Below, piece after piece: positions 1 to 11,200 of a DNA stretch of 64,000 nucleotides (its first letter is position 1; every line of letters begins with the position of its first letter). The position numbers were made by a program, and so were the translations under genes. The notes beneath the pieces are model-generated. The model ran no database searches and had not been told where the DNA came from. It saw nothing but the letters and a program-made list of their open reading frames with translations. The stretch lies in the NCBI GenBank assembly GCA_013239625.1, contig MU054323.1, positions 19,238,819 through 19,302,818 on the forward strand, given 5' to 3'. The DNA comes from Lama guanicoe. Its lineage: Eukaryota.

Positions 1-709
1 TCAACTAATAGTAACAGAAGAGCTGAAGGTCTCAGAAAATTGGGACTCCTCCACATATTTCTGGATATAGGACAGAATCAGAGGTGACAGCCTAGAACCG
101 TGTCCTCTGCGCATTCCTGCAGAGTACAGGGAACACAAGTGAGTTCTGGTGCTACTGGGGCTAAGCCCTTCATAGCTTATCTCATCCACTATAGTCTGTG
201 TGGTACTGAGAAACCCCAACCGAGAAGTAAATGGTCATTCATAACCCAGATCTGCTGTGGGCCCTGACAGAATCTGTTGCAACCTTAAAGATATGAAGAG
301 ACACTACCAGTAAGTCTTTATTTCTAAAGCAGAAGCGTACAAGAAACAAGAAAATTGAGTTTCAGTGACTATAAAAGGGAGAATTTTGATCATTTTAAGA
401 AAAAAAAAACTAATATGTTTCTTATTGCCTTTTTAGGAAACATTATTTTTTAATCGGTTAGTTAAATGCATGCAAATATACAAACACTGTAGGGACTCCA
501 GGCCAGAGCTGTGATGAAAAGAATCATGGCTTCAGTTAATACTAAACTAAGGGGCATGAGGCCAAGTGCTCACAAGGGTCCTGCCTCCTTCTTCCAAAAG
601 GTAAGTGGTGGGAAGGGGCAGTATATTTGCAAAAGAGAAAATGCAAATGCTTTTGGAAACACAGAAAACATGCAAGCCCTACTTACAAACAGAGTGCCTG
701 TTGACAAGC

Positions 710-800
710 AGGATGACTAATGGTCCAGGTTTGCCCAGGACTGAGAGATCTCCTGGGATGCAGGACTTTCTCAGGCAAACCGCGGTGACCGGGCACACTA
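710..800. mobile_element. hAT-Blackjack non-autonomous DNA transposon remnant (MER94/MER81-like)
   Basis: ggatgactaa...ccaggtttgcccaggactgag...caggcaaacc...cacacta resembles the recalled agggtgacc/ggtcaccct-ended consensus, with internal ggtttgcc/ggcaaacc inverted motifs. Confidence 0.5.
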
Positions 801-945
801 TGACCGGGTTCGCGACCACGTCTGGAGGATGGGGACATGGCAGTGCCGGAGCAGCAGAAGAAGCAGACGCTGACAAAGAGGCGGGCCTTTGTCTGGGTTT
901 CACTGGGTGGGAATCTTACTTTTGCATGTTTTCTTGGCTGTAGTG

Positions 946-1140
946 TTTTTGTTTTTATTGAGATATAATTGACATAACATAAAATTCACGATTTAAAGCA
1001 CACAACTGAGTGCTTTTCAGTAACTCACGGATTATTCAACCACTGCCACTGTCTAATTCTGAAAATTTTTCATCACTCCCCAAAATGAACTCTGTAGCCA
1101 TTATCAATCACCTCCCATTCCCCTTCCCCTTATCCCCTAG
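946..1140 (-). mobile_element. Old L1 (L1MB/MC-type) 3' end
   Basis: T-rich tail followed by ttattgagatataattgacataacataaaattcac...tttcatcactccccaaaatgaactctgtagccatt, a typical antisense L1M 3' UTR. Confidence 0.8.
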
Positions 1141-2284
1141 CATTTTAGAAAAAGGTGATTTGAATTTTCTCATTTAGGAGGAAAGAGTAAGTGATAAGAC
1201 ACATGGAGAACCCAGAGTGTACTGGGGCTTAAGTAGCCTTTTAGTGTGTCTGACGTGGCCACAAAGTGAAAACGGGAAAATGAACCCAAATAGTTTAAGA
1301 AGCAATTTCTTTACCCTCAGATTCCCAAAACCCACTGCTGGCTAGGAAGTAACCTAACGCTGACATTCTGAAAATCTTGGGAAAAGTAAACTCCAGGATT
1401 ATGTAATCAATTTTTATTAAATCTTCTTTAGAAGATCTCAGTATTTTCCACGAGTTTACCATCATTCTCTATCTCTTCCCATTTCCTTAGAAATAACTTG
1501 AAATTAGAAATTAGAATGATGAGGCTGGCAGAACCTTATTTTATGTGGCCTCTTTTTTAATTAATTGAGGAGTATGCATTTTATTCACCTTTCTCATCAG
1601 GATTGCTCATTATTTTCAAAAATAAATGAAAATGTTTTACTCTAAAGAAACGCTATCAGGAAGCTTTCCAGTTGATTGTGCTTCCCCCTCTCCCCACGTT
1701 CATGTCTGGAATCTATTTGTTCATGGCTTGGAAAAGCAGAAGTTTACATTTGAATCTGTCTTAACTAGATTTTGCAAAATATACCAAACGCTTGCCATTG
1801 GCCATGTCTGCTTGCTGTTCCGCAGTGACACACGGAAAGTTCCTAAACTTCTGGACTCTGGTAGTCATATAGAAACATCAACAGTAGAAATTTATCAAGG
1901 AACATTGGAAAATTTAACTTTTATCATCAACTGTTGGCTTCAAAAGCAAGACACCATGGTCCAGACCTTAAGTTTGTTACCTTGAATACAAGATGGTACC
2001 ATCAACCAGCACTGGCAGGGATTTCAATTGTTAATTACAGCCAGGAGGAATAAACTTTCAGTCATTCTTAAGTTCTCACTAGATACTGCTTGTAACTCAT
2101 AGCATACATGTGAAAGATATTTGACCTGTGCTGGTTGGAAGAGCTAGGGCATTTGGACTATTCATGGGTCGAATATGTGATCTCATGCATAATAGAACTG
2201 AGTTCTAAAAAATGAGCTAACCATGCACAGATCAAACTGGCAAGAAATAAAAGGTGTGCTTTGGTCTGGGAGAGGAATTTTCAC

Positions 2285-2445
2285 TCAAGGATTCACAAAC
2301 ACCTCAATGATTTTGGTCTACTGACAGGCTTCAGGAGATCTGAGAACATTCTGAAGTAGTATACAAAACACTGTACTGTTTTTTTGGTTTTTTTTTTTTT
2401 TTTTTAGAAAGGACATACCCAAAATGGGTTAAAACATGATTACTC
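2285..2445. mobile_element. hAT-Charlie remnant (MER103-like)
   Basis: caggcttcaggagatctgagaacattctgaagtagtatacaaaac ... cccaaaatgggttaaaac resembles the recalled MER103 motifs. Confidence 0.4.
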
Positions 2446-2929
2446 TTGAAGAATATAACTAACATATTTGATTCTATTTTCTACTAAATGATCTGCTTCC
2501 ATAAACAAGGCTTTATATTTTGCCTGCTCGAAATTATGTCATCTGATTCAGTGATAAGTACATTTCTGCATTTATGTATTTGCATATTAGTGTATACATC
2601 CATCTTATTGGACATAAACTGTATCAGCCAGAATTTGGTCACAGACGCAGAAAACCTGTGAGTGAATTGTAGTCGGAGATTCACCATGGGGATTAGATTT
2701 TTATATAATTGTGTAAACAGAGGGGAAGTCTATGTAAAGCTATTGCTTTCGTCTCTGGTGTTGAGTCCAAAATTGCTTAGATTGCAGATGTGGAGAAAAT
2801 CTAAATGTAAAAGGGTAACAGGGTTATAAGCAACTGGAACCCCCATCTGTCTCAAGTTGCCTTCATGCTTGATAATACAGCAGGTGACGCTGGCATCCTT
2901 CACTTCACAATTATTCACAGATGACATAT

Positions 2930-3255
2930 AAGTTGAAGAAGGAAATTAATCAGGAGATCCAGCATTTTGGAGAAGATGAAGAAGAATATTCTGTGGGAGC
3001 TGGAGGATTTGGAGGCACAAATATTGCTCCAAATCAACAAAGTGAGCCAACAGATCAGCCACAATCATCCAACCCATGGCAGTTTCTGGCACTCACCCTA
3101 CACTGATGTCTAGAACGTAGAAATAACTGCTGTTTCACATCCACCTGCCAAACCTCATGAATTTTTTTCCTATGGACAATCCTAATCCAAAGAGAAGGAA
3201 ATTCTGGAAAAGCTAGTTCCAACTTGGTTTACTTGACACAATCCAAAGCCACTGG
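2930..3255. mobile_element. Old ERVL-class LTR fragment
   Basis: ccacctgccaaacctcatg...cctaatcca...aaggaaattctggaaaagctagttcc...ttgacacaatcc resembles ends of old ERVL LTRs. Confidence 0.4.
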
Positions 3256-3489
3256 GCACACAGTACTTGACAGCCACAGAATGAAGGTGATAGTTTATTC
3301 ATAAATTTTATTCATAATCTATTCCCTTCAGAAACTGTAACCCATATTGGGTTGCTCAAATTGGTGGATGTATTTATTTGAACTTTTAAAAACTGTTACC
3401 CATGTCCCCTGAAGCAAAGGCCACTGTGGAACACCCAAGTGCAGCACATGAATAGGGAAGAATGAGGCAGAGGTAGTATCTAAGATTAA

Positions 3490-4270
3490 TAAGTGATTAA
3501 TATCTATGCGAAACAAAGCTATCCAGGAAATCAACAAAACAGAGCATTAAAAACAAGAGACAAATAAGTAGAAAATGTTACATGGCAATCCACAGAAAGA
3601 AAAAGCATAATGGTTAATATCTGAGTTTGATAATCAGAGGAATGCAAATTAAAACAGTAAGATACTACTTTAATCTTACGGATTAGCAACATTAGAATGC
3701 CGTAAGTGATAAGGGCATCAAGCAGGAGCTCTCACGTACTACTGGTAGGGGGCGGACAGGTGCAGAAGTACTGAGTAGCTCCCTAGTGCTTACTTGAGTC
3801 AAGACTGATACCTAGCAATGTTACTCTGGAGTTCAGTAAGGAAGAAACTCTTGGGAAAATCCATGATCACTAGATTATCAAGTGTGTTGTGTTTACTCAA
3901 GTAGACAGTTGAAGGCAATACACCTGTACCTAGGTCAATAAATTAGAAAAATACAGTGGACACACACTGTAGACTACTCCCTGGTAGTTGGTAGCAAAAA
4001 ACAAGATGTATTGTCTGTAATATGGGTAGATATTAAAAAGCTAGTGATAAATGGAAAAGAAAAGTAAAAATATAGTATTTTCATGTATATAATTTTATAC
4101 ACAAAAACATTATAAAATATAATGATAAATTTTAAAAGGACACATAAAAAGTCAAAAGTACAAATCAAGCAAATTAGAGTCAAATTAGGCCGTAGGGGGA
4201 GGAAAATGGGAGTGAGGAATGAAAATAAAAGGAATCAATCCATAAATCAGGGATGGGCTTTACAGAGAAA
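3490..4270 (+). mobile_element. Highly decayed L1 (L1ME-type) ORF2 end and 3' UTR
   Basis: ataatcagaggaatgcaaattaaaacagtaagatactac...gattagcaa and downstream actctcacgtactactggtaggg-like L1 ORF2 C-terminal motifs. Confidence 0.6.
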
Positions 4271-4929
4271 GGTAATAATAGTGTGTTGTGGATTAACGGA
4301 ACACTCTCCCTTTATGGATTGTGAAATAAAGAAACAAATACTCTCATAAGAAACAAAATTTGGCATAAGCACTTTTTAGAGTAGCTAGGAATATAGAGAA
4401 TTTTTTCTGCTACAACAATTTCTCTGAGCTCCAGGAAGTCCATTACCACACCAAGGAACTCATGAGGTTTTCTGGTTTTGTGCTTACTCAGCCTCAAAGA
4501 CAAGCTGAGTCTTCGGGTAACAGAGACTCTGGTTCGATGCCAAAATAGGCATGCTGGAAAATGAAGCATCTATTTTCAATTTGAAAAACAAAAGGCAAGA
4601 TAGAGGAAGTAGCACTGGAATAGAAAATACTAATGATTTATAATCATAATTTTAATATATTGTGGTTTATCATTTTTAAATTATGATATAAAACTACAAG
4701 TAAGAAATCCCTAGGAAAGAGAAAATAGGGCAGAGGGCAAAGGGGAGAACATCCTTGGGGGAACACCCTTGGCACAATTCCTTTAAAACAGAAAGAGCTT
4801 TTAGGTTGAATGGACTGAATATGATGACATTTTTTTCATTTCCCTACAAGATAACTCCATTCTGAGGTACCTGAGTTCCTTCACAGAGTGGAGTTACCAC
4901 TCTCCCCAACTCCCTCACTCCTGCCTCCC

Positions 4930-5425
4930 ATTCCCTTGCCAAAGATATCCACATCCCAAAACCTGGACTCCATCAATTTTACCTCACCTGGCAAAGAGAC
5001 ATTGCAGATGTAATTAAGGCTTTTTAAAAGAGGAAATTATCCTGGATTATCTAGGGGGTTCCAATGTAGTAAGAGGGCACTTATAAAGGGAGAATGAGGC
5101 AGAATGGTCAAAGTCAGAGAAAGAAATGTGAACAAATGCAGAGATCAACGTGAGAGGAAAATCTGAAGATGCTACTTGACTTTGAAGTTTCAGGAAGGGA
5201 CCATGAGCAAAGAGTTGAGGCAGCCTGTAAGAATCTGGAAAATCCAACGAATGACTTCTCCCCTCAAGCCTCCAAAAGCAATGCCACAGAGCTAATACCT
5301 TGATTTTTAGCCAATGAGACCCATTTCTGAATTCTCACCTCCAAAATTCTAAGATAATAAATGCCTTTTTGTTTTAAGCCATTAAATCTTTGGCAATTTG
5401 TTATAGTAGTGACAGGACATTAATG
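4930..5425 (+). mobile_element. MaLR solo LTR (MLT1D-like)
   Basis: ggcaaagagacattgcagatgtaattaagg, gaaattatcctggattatc, gagacccatttctgaattctcacctcc, gttttaagccattaaatctttggcaatttgttatag. Confidence 0.85.
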
Positions 5426-6930
5426 CCACTCCTCAACTGGAGAAATTTTTGACCTATTGAGAGAAATTAGCAAGTAAACACTCAGAATGCCCAGTATGAA
5501 GTTCATTGGTAGTTACATATCAGATACTATAAAACTATTTAACTCTAAGTGGACATTTTTAGAAAGCGTCTCTAAGAAGACACACAGGCTGAGAACTGAA
5601 GCAGAGTTAGCATTGGCTGATTGAAAGAAAAGAAGAAAAGAAGAGAGGGAGGGGGTCAGGACTAGTGCATTCAAGTCAGCAGCCCAACAAAAATACGACA
5701 CTTCCGCAACAGTAAAAATCTAGAGATGTTGGACCCTTCACGACTCTATCTTCCATTATAACTCTTCCCTCTCCCTCCAAGGAATGCAGTTACTTTTTTT
5801 CCTGGGTGTGAGCAGTGCTGATAACCCTGACCATTCTGGAAGAGCAACAGTGACAGACAGTCACCATCAAATTAGTAAGGAAGGGGCATTCCTTCATTGA
5901 AGGTGACACAAAGTTTCATACATGTTACTGTGAAGTCTCAAACAGGAGATAACTTAAATAGAAGATTTTGCTGACCTGCAATTTTAAATATATTTTGAAA
6001 TGCAGTGTTCCTTTTTATTATGGTTCATCTAAAAACCATGTAATCTGCCTTCTGGCATAGCTCTGTCACTTTTGAGTGAACCTATGCAAAAATATGACTG
6101 AATAATTTCTTGCTGCCCTCATGCCTGCTGGGAACAAAGGCAGCCCCATCATATACATTCCTAAAGGGAAAAACTCTGTCAATTAAAACTATATTGTATG
6201 AGCTTTCTCCCCAGAGAATGGTGAAATTAGGTTAAAGAGCCTATTTTGATAGGATTTCAAAGGAAAATCACATTGTACTTTGTAGCAATCAAACGCATAG
6301 TTTAAAAAATTCATTTGAAGGGTTTCTTACTATTCAACACAGTACAGTGTCTTTGGGATGATTAAGAGTTTATCACTACATCTTTGGAACTATCACAGTA
6401 TTTCCCACTATTTCAGAATTCAGCGGTGAATTTTCTTCTAATGACATTCTAAACATAGCTTATGTATGTCTCCAGAGTTTAACACCCTCCTCTCCTGACC
6501 AGGGTTTTGAATCACAGGTAATTGTACCAGCCCTTAAGTGGATATATTATTCGAAGATCAATGACAAAATTTATTGAAATTAAAATACCCTGTTCCTAAT
6601 ATATTCTATAATACCCTAAGTTGTCCTGGACCATACTAAATCCATAATGATGAATAGATTTGTAATTATCTCAGTTGTCTCAAAGATAACTTTGAAAGTA
6701 TTAAAATAAAATACTGAATAATATAATAATAATAAAATATTGCATGGTAACATAAGCTTATCCAACAATAGGCTTAATTGGGTAAACTTCGCTTCATACT
6801 GTTTGTGTATTGATTCTATTCTTCTAGCTTAAATGAAGCAAATGATTTTCTTTTTAAGAATTCTAGTATTTCTGGTATATTTCCCATATACTTAAAAAAG
6901 ACACAACCACAATTAACTTGTAATAATATC

Positions 6931-8134
6931 CCCTCACACCATACACAAAAATAAACTTAAAATGTCTTAAAGACTTAAATATAAGACAAGACACGATAAA
7001 TCTCCTAGAAGAAAACACAGGTAAAACATTATCTGACATACATCTCAGCAGTGTTCTCCTCTGGCAGTCTACCAAAGAAGCAGGAATAAGAGCAAAAATA
7101 CACAAATGTGACCTAATTAAACTTATAAGCTTTTGTACAGCAAAGGAAACCATAAGCAAAACAAAAAGACAACCTATGGAATGGCAGAAAATATTTGCAA
7201 CTGATGCAACTGACAAAGGCTTAGTTTCCAAAATATATAAACAGCTCATACAACTTAGTAAGAAAAAAAAACCCAATCCAAACATGGGCGGAAGAATCAA
7301 ACAAGCAGTTCTCTAATGAAGACATCCAAATGGTCAATAGGCACATGAAAAATGCTCAATATTGCTAACTATAAGAAAAATGCAAATCAGAACTACTATG
7401 AGGTATCACCTCACACCAGTCAGAACGGCCATCATTCAAAAGTCCACAAACAATAAATGCTAGAGAGGCTGTGGAGAAAAGGGAACCCTCCTACACTGTT
7501 GGTGGGAATGTAGTTTGATACAGCCATTATGGGAAACAGTATGGAGTTTCCTCAAAAGACTAAAAATAGATTTACCATATGATCCAGCAATCCAACTCCT
7601 GAGGATATTTCCAGAGGGAATTCCAATGAGAAAAGATACATACACCCCAATGTTCACAGCAGCATTATCTACAATAGCCAATACATGGAAGCAACCTAAA
7701 TGTTCATCAACAGATGACTGGATAAAGAAGCGATGTTATATCTATACAATGGAATACTACTCGGCCATAAAAAAGAACAAAACAATGCCATTTGCGGCGA
7801 CATGGATGGATCCAGCGATCATAATTCTAAGTGAAGTAACCCAGAAAGAGAAAGAAAAATATATGATAACACTCATATGTGGAATCAAGAAAAAAAAAAA
7901 GGACACTATGAACTCATCTACAAAACAGAAACAGATTCACAGACATAGTAAACAATCCTATGGTTACTGGGGGAAAGATGATGGGAAGGGATAAATTTGG
8001 AAGTTTGAGATTTGCAAATGTTAGCCACTATGTATAAAAATAGATTTTTAAAACAGTTCCTTCTGTATAGCACAGAGAACTATATTCATATCTTATAATA
8101 ACCTTCAATGGAAAAGAATATGAAGATATATGTG

Positions 8135-8178
<44 letters not shown>

Positions 8179-8250
8179 TGACTGGGACATTGTGCTATAC
8201 ACCAGAAATTGAGAGATTATAACTGACAGTACTTCAATAATTAAAAAAAA
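6931..8250 (+). mobile_element. 5'-truncated lineage-specific L1 (ORF2 C-terminus, 3' UTR, poly-A) with target-site duplication
   Basis: ORF 7515-7994 reads as L1 ORF2 ([43 protein letters not shown]); A-tail at 8243-8250; AATAATATC at both 6922-6930 and 8251-8259. Confidence 0.97.
8139..8175. repeat. (TA)n microsatellite, about 18 units, inside the L1 3' UTR
   Basis: Perfect TA run visible directly. Confidence 0.95.
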
Positions 8251-11200
8251 AATAATATCACTTAGTGGTAATACATTGACTGGTAATTAAATGTTCATTA
8301 AATACAATATGATCCTTTAAAGATTCCCAAAGGACTAATAATACAAAGCAAAAAAAAATTTTTTTTCAGTTAAAAAAAAATATTTCCCTTTTATCTTAGA
8401 GTTCTCCAAGAAAGCTTTTTCAGTTGAAAATTGAATGATATAATAACAGAATATTAGAAAGAACATTGCCACAGTGGGCTATTGATATCTGTTGAAAGGC
8501 TTCTTAAGATGTCTTCCCAGAAAAACTTGTCTTGCACATCTGTATAATTTCAGTCCCCTGTATATCCTTTCACTAGGGACAATAATGGCCCTTATGGTTT
8601 TATTGATACTCTGGTGATTATTTTCCCTTGAAGATTTTTATTCACCTGAGTATTAAGAGGATTAAAGATTTGTACAGCAGTTCAGAGGTCCAGTTTTGTT
8701 TCAGGTTTTTTTTAAGTTTTGCATTGATTAGAATTATTTGCATTAGTTAGAATTTCCAATTTTAATGCAGAGGAATATCTTTATGCTGCTGTACTTGGAT
8801 GTCTTTAATTTTCAAAGTCAACAGATAAAGCATCTCTCTCCTGGCCTGAAAATTAAGTACCAGTAACATCAGACATAAAGATGCCCTTTGTGTGTGGCTA
8901 GCTGGCATCACTTACTAACAAGAAAGAGTAGAATATTACACTATAGATGACTTTGGGGAGAGATGTTTTACTGTAAAGGTTAACATTCATATAAATGAGA
9001 CAAAATAAGGAGAAATATTTTACATAAATCTTAAAAGTAAACTTTTAGAACAACTAAACCACTCAGTCTTAACCTCTGCTCCATATGATAATTCTCAAAG
9101 ACATCTGATGCTTTATAAATAATAAATACTGCAGTTATCAAATAACATCCAGGAGTTTCTGAAATTGAATAAATTTCCCACTTGTCACACCCCATCAGTT
9201 AAGGTCTTTGAACTCTCATGTGTTCATGCATTCATTGCATTCCACTGTGTTAATGTTTTTTACAGTAATTTTATAGCTATGTTGTATTTGGCTTCAAAGT
9301 TTCCAGGATTTTACAGGAATAATAAACACTTCAAAATTCAAAAATCAGCTTCTATATTTCTAAAAGATTTTAAATCTTGACACACAGTATCTATTTCTCA
9401 TCTCAAAATCTTGCTTATAAACTTCCAGATTAACACAGGGTATTCCTTCATAGAAATCCCTTAGTGGATTACCTAATGTCAATGTCACTTAAATGAACAC
9501 CATTCTTCAGGTAGTTTTCTCATTATTGATTTTCCCTCAATGTCAGTGTTAATATTAACGTCTCCCCTTTAGAATTTCCAAAAGTTTAAAGCTTAAAAAG
9601 TAGGCATGAATCCGACATGGAGAAAGAAGTGACAGGACATCTCTACCATGACACTAGTTCTCAAACGAGGTGTCATGCCATCATGGTTCTGGCATATATT
9701 GTAAGGAATTTTATTAGCAATAAAGTACTGAAACGATGTTGGTCCTTCTGGCTGACACAGTTTCTTCATTTACAGTGGCTTTCTACTCTGTGACCTTTAA
9801 AGAAATCCTGATAATTGCTCAGGAATTGTACCATCGTGTGGAATATCGGTGTAGAGAGTCACCTAGGTATAGGTCCTGAACTCAGCTCCGCAGGTGAAAA
9901 TCACACATGGTCAGAATGAGCCTTGACAACCAAGCATCTTACGGGAGATACATCTTTCTAATTAAGTCTGACCCAGCCATGTTCACTCCTGTACTGGATC
10001 AGAGCTTTTTTTTTTTTTTTTCTACAAATGAACAGTAGATGAGATAGTTGGCTTGCATTTAGAATCCATGACATAAAAATTATGTATTTTGAAGAACTGG
10101 AGCCACTCTCAGCCTGATAAGATGACTGCACTGACAGAGGCAGAATTGAGACCAACAGAAGGAAGGATGGACTTTTCATCCCTAGTCGTTCCCAGAGCAT
10201 ACTTGGTATAAACATTATTGCTGGCTGAATCTACCATGGTATATAACTTATTATTCTTCCCTTTGCATTTTTGTTCCTTAAGTTAATTTCACTTAAGTAA
10301 ATCCCCTGTAGTGCAATTGCATTTCTGACTGTCAATATATATCATTTTATGCCCCATATTCAAGACATAAGAGGCAACTCCTCTTTTGTTTGTGCCAAGG
10401 TCTCCTTTGAAAACAGTATGTATAAGACATTTGCCTGAGGTCTGAGTGTATTCTTCAGAGATCTTCAGAAGGCGAACATTGCTAAAGGAGATCTGTGTAT
10501 ACACCTTGAACTAGAGTGGGACCATGCATTTTATATCACTGCCGATAAGGCAAGTTCAATTTGCATTTACAAATAACACATTTCACTTTTCACTGCACAA
10601 AGTAATCTTTCTGTGAAAATTATGGCTGTAGCTCTGTCTTTTCTAGCTCTATTTCTAATCACCTCTTCAGTCGGAAAAGAAAGGAAAAGTACAGAATTAG
10701 CTTTAGGAGACATTTCCCAGATAAAGCTGTCACAGAAATGTCACAGCGACTTTGCGATATTGGTAAGACTCATTGCTCAGTATTTCAACAAATTATTTTT
10801 CGTATTTTTTAACCTTCCCACTTTCTAAAGTTCTAAGGCCAAGGCCACTGGCCTTGCCTCTATATTATAATGTGAATGCACTACCCATTGCCTTTGCCAA
10901 TCAAGGGGGTACCTTTCTTTCTAAACATCCTACACTTGTTTGTATTAATTTCCAGAGATAAAGAATACTGTCTAAATTAGAGGTCCATAATGATTAAAAA
11001 GTTAAATAAAGAATGAATGAGTTTCTTTCTTTATGTGATACATTAAGAACATCAGCAAGAGTGAAGAACTTAAGTGCCCGGCAGCCCAAAAATAGATATT
11101 AAGACATAAGACACAACTTAAGGTAGAAATAGGGTAGACACATACTTCTTTCATGAAGTGAAGTAAGTTCTACACAGAAATCATTTTTGCCTCCTGAACA

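Noticed and set aside
511..943. Overlapping ORFs of 69-112 aa
   Set aside because: They run through a hAT remnant and a GC-rich patch; no homology recognised.
6863..7681. Minus-strand ORFs of 145 aa and 73 aa with hydrophobic stretches
   Set aside because: Antisense reading of L1 ORF2; not genes. The same applies to the + strand ORFs at 25143-26321, 40416-41827 and 52155-52693.
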